From Alphaproteobacteria bacterium (GTDB taxonomy: Bacteria > Pseudomonadota > Alphaproteobacteria > UBA828), in NCBI GenBank assembly GCA_965221125.1, contig CBDCRW010000007.1, positions 1-64,000 of the forward strand: a stretch of 64,000 nucleotides of DNA, read 5' to 3'. Under the pieces are notes generated by a model that did not search any database, was not told the DNA's origin, and saw only the letters and a list, made by a program, of their open reading frames with translations. Numbering within the stretch: position 1 is the stretch's first letter; each line of letters begins with the position of its first letter. The position numbers and the translations under genes were made by a program. Positions 53,882-62,816 of the stretch are shown here, in pieces.

Positions 53882-54171
53882 ACCCTGGAAACGGGGTCAG
53901 CCGCGACTATGCGGCGCCACGTATGGGCAAAGGACCACACGGCATGCGGTTCTTATGGTCGAGCCGAACGCACCACGCCTTCGGCGCGCAGCGCAGGCGC
54001 AGATCGCACAGCCGCGAAGGTCGCCTACGGCAGGCGCGCTGCCGATCCATGTCTCGGCCCATGGCGCTCGATCACCGCTGGGGCCGGGGAAACGCACGTG
54101 CCCCGACACTGGTCCCCTGGTCCCCCGCATGCACGGTGCTGCCGGCAGGCGCGTCCCCGCCGGCAAGATAC

Positions 54172-55221
54172 TCACGGCTCGGTCCATCCCGCCCGGTGCC
54201 TGGCCGCGCCGCCGAAGAAGGCGAGGCACGCCCGCGCCAGCGATCTCTGCCTCCCCTCCTCCGTGAGCACGGCAAGGAAGCTCCTGCCAGTCTCGACGAA
54301 GCCGCCCGCCTGCATCACCAGAGTGTCGGCCTCCACATGCCGTCCAATCAGATGACGCCAGCCGAGCACGAGGCCGCGGCCGGCAACGGCCGCTTCAAGC
54401 GCCTGGGCATGACTCTCGACGACTTCGTACCGGGGGGCCGGGGCCGGACGACCCACGGCCTCGAACCAGCGCTCCCAGGACGCTCCGCTCTCGCCAGGCC
54501 CCGCGAGATCGAGAAGGGTCAGACCGTCCCAGCCCGCCGCAGGTCCGTCCAGAACCTGGGCATGGGCGGCGGCGTAGCCGGGAGAGCAGAAGGCGCCAAC
54601 GGCTCCCCTGGCAACCGTCACGCAGTGCCTGGGTGCGGCAGTCTCCGCGTCCCAGGTGAGCATGATGTCGGCGGCGGGCTCGGACGGCGCCGGCGCTGCT
54701 GCGTTTGTGTGGGCGAGGATGCGGATTCGGACGTCATCTCCAAGCGCAGCTTTCAGCGCCTCATAGCGCTGCATCGCGAAGAGATGGGACAACTCGCCCG
54801 GACAGGCGATCGCTACCTCCGTCCCGTCCTCGCCGGAGTGTTCCGCAATCTCCGCAGCCCCGCCATGGAGAGCGTCGAGAGCCAGAAGGACGGCCTTGTG
54901 AAAGCGAAGCCCCGCATCGGTCAGACTCACCCCGATCCGGGAGCGCTCGAACAGCCGTGCCGAGAGCTGGCCCTCCAGTCGCGCAATGAGGCGGCTGATC
55001 GCCGACTGCGAGGTGCCGAGCTCACGCGCCGCAAGGGAGAAGCTGCCGTGCCGTACCGCGCTCTCGAAGGCGATCAGGGCGCTCATCGACGGAACACTGT
55101 AAGGACTGCGATCGCTCAAGGGCGCGCGGGCGCGGCCAGAGCGCACGTTCCCGTCCTCGCGCTGCTCCACATGGCGCGGCTCTCCGCTCCTGGCCATGCA
55201 TCCCTCCCCGGCACGTATCAC
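54172..55221 (-). CDS. LysR-family regulator (GcvA-like); start uncertain, probably downstream
   Basis: ALIAFESAVRHGSFSLAARELGTSQSAISR...LE; LFER. Confidence 0.85.
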   Translation of the reverse strand: MIRAGEGCMARSGEPRHVEQREDGNVRSGRARAPLSDRSPYSVPSMSALIAFESAVRHGSFSLAARELGTSQSAISRLIARLEGQLSARLFERSRIGVSLTDAGLRFHKAVLLALDALHGGAAEIAEHSGEDGTEVAIACPGELSHLFAMQRYEALKAALGDDVRIRILAHTNAAAPAPSEPAADIMLTWDAETAAPRHCVTVARGAVGAFCSPGYAAAHAQVLDGPAAGWDGLTLLDLAGPGESGASWERWFEAVGRPAPAPRYEVVESHAQALEAAVAGRGLVLGWRHLIGRHVEADTLVMQAGGFVETGRSFLAVLTEEGRQRSLARACLAFFGGAARHRAGWTEP

Positions 55222-55283
55222 CGCGTGAGCCCGGTCTCCGCAGCCGCCAGGCGCTCAGGCCGCGAGAACCCCGCCGGGCCGCC

Positions 55284-55730
55284 TCACTCCGCCTGGGCCA
55301 GCGCCACGCGCTTCGTCAGCGTCACCACGTTGCGCCCGTCCTGCCGCCGGTAAGCCAACGTATCCATCGTCTTGTGCACGAGATAGATGCCGAGACCGCC
55401 CTTGGCGCGCTCGTCGAGCGAGGCTCCTAGGTCCGGCGCTGGCGCCTGCGAAGAGTCGAACACCGTGCCGTCGTCTGCGATCTCGACCGCCAGCGCTCCG
55501 CCCTCAAGGTGGAGGACGAGCTTGATCCGATGCTCCCCATCGTCGTCGTAGCCGTAGCTGATCGTATTGGTCAGAAGCTTGTCGACCGCCAGATTGACCT
55601 CAAAGGCAATCTCTGTCGCCAGCCCATGCCTCGCGCAGAACGCGTCGATGTTCTCGGCGGCGATGGCGATATTCCGCAGATCGCTGACCAGCGAGAGCTC
55701 GAGAACGTCGTCGGTACCGGCCGCAGTCAT
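55284..55730 (-). CDS. RsbW-like anti-sigma/HATPase_c_2 protein
   Basis: LLTNTISYG, IADDG, GGLGIYLV and GRN boxes. Confidence 0.85.
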   Translation of the reverse strand: MTAAGTDDVLELSLVSDLRNIAIAAENIDAFCARHGLATEIAFEVNLAVDKLLTNTISYGYDDDGEHRIKLVLHLEGGALAVEIADDGTVFDSSQAPAPDLGASLDERAKGGLGIYLVHKTMDTLAYRRQDGRNVVTLTKRVALAQAE

Positions 55731-55793
55731 TTGCCGAACGCCCCACGCCCGCCCCGTGCAGCACGCGTCCGCCGCTTGCGTCTCCGGCGGCCG

Positions 55794-56069
55794 CTACGGC
55801 TTGGCGGGCTCGATAATGATGCGGCCGCGGCCACGTCTGAGAAGATAGCCGCCGCGCGGGATAGCCAGCGTGCCCTGCTGCACAAGCGGCCAGAGCGTGT
55901 CGACGATCAGGGTTGCACTCTCGTCCGGCGCCGACCCCGCAGCCGCCGGCTGCGCGGAAAGCCACTCCGCGAAGGCGCGTTCTGCGATATCGTCGCCGAT
56001 AGACTTGCGCAACGCATCGAGTTTTCTGCGTTGCCCCTTCGTTAGAACGGATTCGTCGATTGCGGACAT
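55794..56069 (-). CDS. Hypothetical protein, 91 aa
   Basis: SD AAGGAG before ATG 56069; protein-like sequence. Confidence 0.65.
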   Translation of the reverse strand: MSAIDESVLTKGQRRKLDALRKSIGDDIAERAFAEWLSAQPAAAGSAPDESATLIVDTLWPLVQQGTLAIPRGGYLLRRGRGRIIIEPAKP

Positions 56070-56191
56070 CCGAAATTGCTCCTTCGAAGGCTGAAATGCC
56101 GACGGCGCTATATAGCAGTTACAGGGAACAGTGCGAACCCGAGCGATCTGCCGGACCGGTCGGGTCGACATGCCCCGCCTGCGTAACGCGT

Positions 56192-56515
56192 CTACACCGC
56201 GTCAGGCACCTCAGCTCGAGGGTCGAGATCGGCTCGCGTCGGCAGAAGACGGATCGTATCGCCCCTCTCGTTGTCGGCGTAGACGAGATCGTAATGTGCC
56301 TGAAGATTGAGCCAGAACTCCGGCTCGACACTGAACCAGTGTCCGAAGCGAAGCGCCGTGTCGCCGGTGATCGAGCGCCTGCCGTTGATAATCTGGCTGA
56401 CCCGGTTGGCCGGCACATCGATCTGGCGCGCGAACTCCGTCGGTGTGATGCCGACTTCCGCAAGCTCTTCCTTCAATATCCGGCCGGGATGGACGCTGCG
56501 TCTCAGCACGGGCAC
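56192..56515 (-). CDS. higA: HigA antitoxin (second pair)
   Basis: VHPGRILKEEL, HTH, FWLNLQAHYDL; GTG start inferred. Confidence 0.9.
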   Translation of the reverse strand: MPVLRRSVHPGRILKEELAEVGITPTEFARQIDVPANRVSQIINGRRSITGDTALRFGHWFSVEPEFWLNLQAHYDLVYADNERGDTIRLLPTRADLDPRAEVPDAV

Positions 56516-56522
56516 TCCCCTC

Positions 56523-56810
56523 TCACGAGTGATAGTCCACCATCTCGACATTGCTCGGACCCGACTGACCCTCCGGCCACTCGAAACAGACGCGCCACTG
56601 TCGGTTGACGCGAATGGAATACTGTCCCTTCCGGTCTCCCCCCAGGGCCTCCAACCGATTGCTCGGCAAGTTTCTCAGTGTGCCAAGCGACGGTGCGGCG
56701 TTCAGGATCGCGAGACGTCTGACCGCTTGTTGCTCAAAGCCCCGGAACTCCCGCACCGCTCGGCCGCTGGCGAATCTCTCCGTCTTCTTGTCCCTGTAGC
56801 CGAGGATCAT
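56523..56810 (-). CDS. higB: HigB toxin (second pair)
   Basis: PSNRLEALGGDRKGQYSIRVNRQWRVCF...VDYH. Confidence 0.9.
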   Translation of the reverse strand: MILGYRDKKTERFASGRAVREFRGFEQQAVRRLAILNAAPSLGTLRNLPSNRLEALGGDRKGQYSIRVNRQWRVCFEWPEGQSGPSNVEMVDYHS

Positions 56811-57196
56811 CAACAGACAACATAGCCCGATGACGATGTACGTCAAGCGTAGTTGGCGGCAATGACGCTCCGGACTGGAGACGCCGAGAGGCTTCAAAGG
56901 GGCCGGCCGTATCTGGCTGCAGCGGCCGCGCGGACCTGCGGGTGTTGAACGCCACGGTTATGGCGCTCATGCTGTCGCCGCCGAAGTCTGAAACCATGCA
57001 GGCGGCCGTGGCCGTGTCGGCGACCACGACGGGTTCTGCCTCAGCCGGTCAGGCGAGTACCGGACGCACTCGGCGGAGACCGTCACCGGCCTGCGCCGCC
57101 CCGCCGACGGGATCGAAAATCGCCTCCCGGCGGGCCTATTTGATTCCGGTTTCGGGGGCGACGGCGACGGGCTCGCGCAGCGTTTCGGCCCGAGTC

Positions 57197-57367
57197 GCTA
57201 CGGGTCGCTACGCAGGGCTACGCTGGAGTTGGAATTCACTCGCTTCCGGAGTGATTACGGCGGGCGGTTTCAGGGTCAGTCGGAAAGGGCTGATTCGAGA
57301 GCTAAGCGGCTGTATCGATTTAGAGAACCGAGGGTGTAGCTTCTGTCCTACGTCCAGGCTCTCCTTT
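57197..57367 (+). promoter_or_regulatory. attR-like site: arm-type repeats plus core
   Basis: GCTACG at 57197, 57207 and 57217 (10-bp period); core 57356-57367. Confidence 0.7.
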
Positions 57368-57642
57368 GCATCTAGGAGGCCTCGGCCGAGGCCTCGCTGG
57401 GTTCAACAAGTCGGCCGTCAACGTACCTGACGACTCGGCAACTGTCCATAGCCCTTAAACTTCACCACACCGGCGCCCGCTTGTCTACATCGCAAAAGCG
57501 GCCATGAGCCATGAAGCGATCCCAAGCCGTCATGGGGACTCCGCCCCTTGTCGCTGCTGCCTCCCTGCACATCCGCAGACCTCCTTGCGTCACGCGCGAT
57601 GTGCTGAGCCGAATTCTCGCCACAATTCCGCGCCCTTTGCAA
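57356..57642 (-). promoter_or_regulatory. Orphaned promoter, leader and SD of lipoprotein 1
   Basis: Homologous to 26279-26594 including TTGCAA-N18-GAGAAT; homology stops exactly after AAAGGAGAGCCT and no start codon follows. Confidence 0.75.
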
Positions 57643-57905
57643 GCCCGAAATTCGGCCGAATTTCAACTTGCCGAACAAAGCCTTACAGCCATGCCCCCCG
57701 CGCCCCTCGCCGCTCCCGGCCCCTCGCAGGAACGCGGCCTGCAGCAACCGACCGGGCCGGCCTTCGCACGGAACGCGAGGCTTCCGGTCAAACTGCCGAC
57801 GCCAGACGCCGTATCAGGGCTGCCAGCATGACGGCATCGGCATCCTCGGCGGAGTCGCGACGGTGCGCGTGGTGGAGCCAGCGACGAGCCCGCCGCAGCC
57901 CTCGA

Positions 57906-59995
57906 CAGGAACATTTTTTAGTCATGGCTGAGAGGGCGGGATGACCGAGAGCGGGCAGGCTTGGGCCGATGAAGGTCCTGGCCGAGCTTGGCTGGGCGGC
58001 TGCATGGGGTCCGCGGGGGCCGGTAGGGCTCGGTTTTCGGGCTCGCCGGGCAAAGCGATCCCGCCGCGCCGTTCGACGGCGCGTCCCGTCGCGCTCTGCG
58101 ACGCGGTTACGCCCGCAGGATCATGCAGCGGGCGCGATCAGGATCGCGTCGAGAGCCTCCTGGGCGCGGGCGGCATAATGCCGGTTGGCCTCGGGCAGGA
58201 AGCGGAAGCGCCCGTCGCAGCGCACGATGGCGATGGCCGCGTTGGTCAGGCAGGAGAGATTGCGCGGCAGGTGGCGCACGTACGCCCGGCAGCGGTCTTC
58301 GTCATAGGTGAAGTCGCGCACGTAGTGCAGCCGGTTCTCGATGTGCCAGTGATTGCGGACCAGAGCCAGAAGCTCCTCGGGCCCGGCGCGGTCTGCGCCG
58401 AGCGAGGTCAGGCTCCAGGTCACCTCGACGCTGCGCTCGCCGGTCTTGAGGATCTCGCGCTCGCGTTCGATGCGCATCGCCTGGCGGCGTCCGTGAAGGT
58501 TGGCGTAGCCGTCCCATTCGGCAGCGGAGAGGTCGACGACGGCGCAGCGGCGGCGCTCGATGCGGCCATGGCCCTTGTCGACGGTTTCGTGCCAGGGCGC
58601 GTCGGAGAAGTCGATCGCCTTGAGGTCTTCGAGGATGGTCTCCTGATTGTCCTTCACCGCGGTGACCACGTAGTCGGCGCGACGCCCGAGCAGGCAGCGC
58701 GCGGTCTCGTGCTGGGCGTGCATCGCATCGAGGGTGACGGTCCGGCCTGCGAGGTCGAGACTGCTGGAGAGTTCGCGCACGGCGGGGATCTCGTTGCTCT
58801 TTCTATCGACCTCGACCTGTCCCAGGACCATGCCGGTCTTGTGCACCAGCGCCGCGACCATCATGCGCCGCCCGTCTTCGGTCTGCTTCGAGGCGCCGCG
58901 CAGGTCCTTTCCGTCCATGGCGACCGGGGCGTGCGCGCCGTCGTGCTGGCCGGTCCACCGGCCGATGGCGTTGTCCAGCGTCTCCGGCGGCAGGGCGGCG
59001 AGGATGTTGTGGAAGGTGGTGATCGCGGGCGCGGTGTAGCGCTTCTTCGAAGGGCTCCAGAACGCGCCGACCGCCTCGAGCTGCTCCTGCGAGAGCAGGG
59101 CGGCGAACTGGGCGAAGGCTGTCGAGCCCCGGTAGCCGGCAAGGCGGGCGGCGACGGCAACCGCCAGCACGGTCTTCAAGGGATAGCGCTTGCCCCGGGC
59201 ATGGCGGCACTCGGGCACCTCGCCCAGGCACTCGAACAGGCTGCGCAGCCGGGGCGCCGTCATCGGCTCGCTGTGTTGCTCGGCGTTCCAGTTCGCCGGG
59301 ATCTCGGCCCGGCTCAGCGCTTCGGCGGCGCCATCGCTAAGTTCGAACACGAAGACCTCCTTGGGCTGGCCGTGGTGGCGCCAGCGCGGAGCAGCTCCGG
59401 GGTCACGGGCAAAGCCGCGCGTCATCCCCAGCGAGCGCCAGTTCGACGCGCGGTAGCAGGTGCCGGCGAAGCGCGCGGGATCGACGAAGGTCTCGGCCAG
59501 GAGCGCCGGGTATCCATGCACCGCCTGGGTGTCCGCAGACAGCCGCCGCAGGCTCAGCCCCAGAACCCGCGAGGCCAGGTTGGGAACCCGCTCAGGCGTC
59601 AGGATCACGAAGCGCGAGTTGTTCGCGATCAGATGCAGGCGCCGGAACTGCTGCTCCGCCGACCAGCCGATCCAGCGGTCGCGCGCGGCCAGCTTGAACG
59701 CGCCCGGCTGCCAGCCGATCAGGGCGAGCCAGGTCTCGCCATGCACCGCGACATGGCGCAGCCCCTTGCCGACGACGCCGTGGAATCGCAGGTAGTGGTG
59801 CTCCTCCACCAGCCGGTCCCAGCGCCGGTGCTCCCGCGCGCCCCAGGTCGGGCGCACCGTGACCGCACGCAGATCAATGGACGAATCCAGGCCCGGCAAC
59901 GTCGCCATGGCCGCTACACTGCCACAGCGAAAACGAAATGACCAGCGCCGCGATCACCTCACGCCGCTCGCCGGGCGGACAAAAAACGAGCCCTG
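57906..59995 (-). mobile_element. ISAs1-family element, 2090 bp
   Basis: 10-bp TSD CAGCCCTCGA (57896-57905, 59996-60005); ends CAGGAACATTTTTT / CAGGGCTCGTTTTTT. Confidence 0.78.
58121..59908 (-). CDS. ISAs1 transposase with N-terminal DUF4338 (DruA-like) domain, 595 aa
   Basis: N-term HHYL, RDRWIGW, NNSRFVIL, NLASRVL, ETFVD, GTCYRASNW; C-term AMDGKDLRG, NEIP, TLDAMH, VKDNQ, HGRIERR, RNHWHIENRLHYVRD..EDRCR. Confidence 0.88.
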   Translation of the reverse strand: MATLPGLDSSIDLRAVTVRPTWGAREHRRWDRLVEEHHYLRFHGVVGKGLRHVAVHGETWLALIGWQPGAFKLAARDRWIGWSAEQQFRRLHLIANNSRFVILTPERVPNLASRVLGLSLRRLSADTQAVHGYPALLAETFVDPARFAGTCYRASNWRSLGMTRGFARDPGAAPRWRHHGQPKEVFVFELSDGAAEALSRAEIPANWNAEQHSEPMTAPRLRSLFECLGEVPECRHARGKRYPLKTVLAVAVAARLAGYRGSTAFAQFAALLSQEQLEAVGAFWSPSKKRYTAPAITTFHNILAALPPETLDNAIGRWTGQHDGAHAPVAMDGKDLRGASKQTEDGRRMMVAALVHKTGMVLGQVEVDRKSNEIPAVRELSSSLDLAGRTVTLDAMHAQHETARCLLGRRADYVVTAVKDNQETILEDLKAIDFSDAPWHETVDKGHGRIERRRCAVVDLSAAEWDGYANLHGRRQAMRIEREREILKTGERSVEVTWSLTSLGADRAGPEELLALVRNHWHIENRLHYVRDFTYDEDRCRAYVRHLPRNLSCLTNAAIAIVRCDGRFRFLPEANRHYAARAQEALDAILIAPAA

Positions 59996-60346
59996 CAGCC
60001 CTCGATGTGAAGGTCGACACTCAGTTAAATATGGAACAGGAGCGGGAGACATGAGAGCTGCCCGACCGGGGGGAATTCGGCGGTTTGAGGGGCTTTTTCG
60101 GCCTCCGGCGGACTCCTTGATGACGGTAGATTCCGGTGATTCCAGGGCTGCGACGGCGAAAACCGCCAACAGAGCGCACCACGATACGGAACGGATTTTG
60201 ACCGCGGACGCCTCCGAGTGTGATCGGCACATGGCCTTGCCGGGAGGCAGCGCGCCGCGCGCTCGTGGTATCCCGCCAGCCCCTCCGCTACTATCCTGGC
60301 CGACGGTTGCAGCATGAGCACGCGGCTGCCCGAAGAGGATGCGGCC

Positions 60347-61378
60347 ATGCGGCATGACGAAGCCTTCAAAGCCATTTTCTCCCACAAGATTTCGGTCGAG
60401 CATCTGCTCCGCTTCCTCGCCGGCACGATCGACGACGGGCCGGACTGGATCGCGGCCTTCGACCCCGAGACCCTGGAGCCGGTGCCCACCGAGCGCATCG
60501 ACGAGACCCTGCACCGCCACCTCAGCGACCTGGTCTGGCGCATGCGCCGGCGCGACGGCGGCGAAGAGGATTGGGCCTACCTCTTCGTGCTGATCGAGCT
60601 CCAGTCGTCGGTGGATCATCTGATGGCGTTCAGGGTTCGCACCTATGTCGACCTGCTCTATCGCGGGCTCCTGGCGGGCCGCCGCTTCGGCGCCTCGGAC
60701 CGTCTGCCGCCGGTGCTCCCCGTCGTGCTGTACAACGGTAAATCTCCGTGGACGGCGGTGGCGAGCGTGGAGGAGTTGGTTGCGCCGGCGGTCCGCCCCT
60801 CAGGCCCCGTGGCCCCAGTGCCCTTCTACGCCGGCGCGACGTACGTGACGCTTGACGTCGGCCGGGTCGAGGCCGGAGACTCGCCACCGGACGATGTGCT
60901 CTCTCTCGTGATCGGCATCGAGCGGATGTCATCTTATAGTGAGGGATACGCGACGCTGCGTGAGGCGTTCTCTGTCTTGCGCGGCGCCGAGCACCGGGAG
61001 TTGCGCCGGACGTTTCATGCTTGGTTCACCATGCTTGCCGGGCAGGGCGCCGGAGGCGCTGCAATCGAGGAGTTCGAGGAGATGGAACGGATTCCTGCAG
61101 AAGGAGAGATGCGGACGCCGGTCCAGGACCGCGTGCGCGCATGGCAGGAGGCAGAACGCGAGCAGGGACGCGCGGAGGGCATCGAGCAGGGCATCGAGCA
61201 GGAACGCGCCTTGCTGCGACGCCTCATCGAACGCAAGTTCGGTGCGGAGGTCGCCGAGCGCGCTGCGCCCCTGCTGGCCGGGACCGGGGAGCCGGAGCGG
61301 CTGGCCGACGTCGGCGAATGGATCATCGACTGCGCCTCGGGCGACGAGCTGATCGCGCGGCTGGAGCGCGCAGGCTAA
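60347..61378 (+). CDS. Rpn-family PD-(D/E)XK nuclease, copy 2
   Basis: Diverged paralog of 24579-25646 with the same motifs; alternative start at 60314. Confidence 0.88.
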   Translation: MRHDEAFKAIFSHKISVEHLLRFLAGTIDDGPDWIAAFDPETLEPVPTERIDETLHRHLSDLVWRMRRRDGGEEDWAYLFVLIELQSSVDHLMAFRVRTYVDLLYRGLLAGRRFGASDRLPPVLPVVLYNGKSPWTAVASVEELVAPAVRPSGPVAPVPFYAGATYVTLDVGRVEAGDSPPDDVLSLVIGIERMSSYSEGYATLREAFSVLRGAEHRELRRTFHAWFTMLAGQGAGGAAIEEFEEMERIPAEGEMRTPVQDRVRAWQEAEREQGRAEGIEQGIEQERALLRRLIERKFGAEVAERAAPLLAGTGEPERLADVGEWIIDCASGDELIARLERAG

Positions 61379-61549
61379 AGAGTGCTTCCGCCCCCTCGCG
61401 CGAAGTCGAGAGGGGGCGATGCCGCCTCGCGCTGCGCCGCCCGAAAGCGCTCCTGCTCTCTCTCCCATTCAGGCCATGTGCGCGTGCTCTCGCCGGTCCC
61501 CCGGCAGAAGTGGCACGTTTCCGCGCGATAGCCAGAGGGAACGGACCTG

Positions 61550-62572
61550 ATGAAGTTCCAGCGAGTAATGATCGTCGCCATGGCGGGAGCGGTGCTGACG
61601 CTCAATGGATGTATCGGTGGGCATGAGGATGAAGCCGGACCGCTGCCACCGGTCGAAATCCCCGCGCTCACGCCCGAGCCCCAACCGTTCCAGACCGGGA
61701 CGTCCTTCTCCGATGGCGTACTCAGTATCAGTGTGCCGACCTCTGACGGCCGGATCCGCACCCTCGATACCGTCCGACATTTGGAAGGAACGTGGGGACG
61801 ATTTCTCCCTCGTCCCGTCCAACCCAATCATTCCAACCGTGAATGGATACTGGTGGACAATCACTACGACGGTCGGGTGTTCCTCTACGCCCTCGTCTCA
61901 TGGGACAACGCCGACCCAACCGATTACCTTGCGGCGGGATGGTGGCTGATCTACCCGCCGGATGTCCCCGTTTGGGCGTTCGAGGCCGCCACTCGCGGGG
62001 TCTTTCTCGATGGCCCGGAACTCGATCCGGCCAACCCGCCCGACCTCCCTCTCGCGGGCACGGCTACCTATGTCGGTGGGATGGGCGGTCTATACACGTA
62101 CAACTATGGACGGGCGTGGAGCGACTTGGCCGGGTCCACGGAGGTCACGGAGTTTGCGGGGCCAGTCTCGTTGACCGCCGACTTCGATGGGAACCGCCTC
62201 ACCGGGTGCCTTGGATGTCCTGGGCCGATCGAAACCGCACCCGGTCGCCATCTCGCTCCAGCCGTGCCGTGGGGGGCGGACGATCCGGCGGCGTTGCCGG
62301 CCGAGTACGATGTGCGCTTTGAAGCCTCGATTGGCGCAGGCGGGGCCTTCGAGGATACCACCGTCACCGTGGCGCATCCCGACCGCACCATCGTGAGCAG
62401 CGCTGGGACGTGGCGAGGACAGTTCTCAAACGTGCCGGATGTGGATGGCAATCCCCGCCGTGTAGTCGGCTCGAGCGATGTGCTGTTCGCCGAAGACGAC
62501 GGCTCGCATGGGCGCTTTACGGGCATCTTCGACGCGCTGACACCCGCGACGGTCACGCCACCTGAGCGTTAG
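61550..62572 (+). CDS. Lipoprotein with TbpB-like barrel (third Slam-substrate candidate), 340 aa
   Basis: Lipobox LTLNG-C; YLAAGWWL, GTATYVG, VSLTADFD motifs. Confidence 0.7.
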   Translation: MKFQRVMIVAMAGAVLTLNGCIGGHEDEAGPLPPVEIPALTPEPQPFQTGTSFSDGVLSISVPTSDGRIRTLDTVRHLEGTWGRFLPRPVQPNHSNREWILVDNHYDGRVFLYALVSWDNADPTDYLAAGWWLIYPPDVPVWAFEAATRGVFLDGPELDPANPPDLPLAGTATYVGGMGGLYTYNYGRAWSDLAGSTEVTEFAGPVSLTADFDGNRLTGCLGCPGPIETAPGRHLAPAVPWGADDPAALPAEYDVRFEASIGAGGAFEDTTVTVAHPDRTIVSSAGTWRGQFSNVPDVDGNPRRVVGSSDVLFAEDDGSHGRFTGIFDALTPATVTPPER

Positions 62573-62689
62573 ATCTGGCCAACGCCCTGCCGCCATCAGG
62601 CCGGCGAGCAGGACGATCCAGCCGGTGCCGGCGCAGAGGCGGCACCGCATCACCAAGCGCCGTCCCGGCCCAGCAGACTGCTCAGGCAG

Positions 62690-62767
62690 TGCGCTCTTCA
62701 GGGAGTTGCATCCCGGAGCGGTCGACGGGAAGGATGGCCAGTCGGGATGCTGCCAGACCCACGTCAT
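62690..62767 (-). pseudogene. Remnant N-terminus of a Fic/DUF4172-like gene
   Basis: MTWVWQHPDWPSF, then similarity is lost. Confidence 0.4.
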
Positions 62768-62816
62768 GGGCGATAGAAGCGCCGCCTGTCGCTCGTTCCA
62801 GGCGCGCTCCCCGGCA

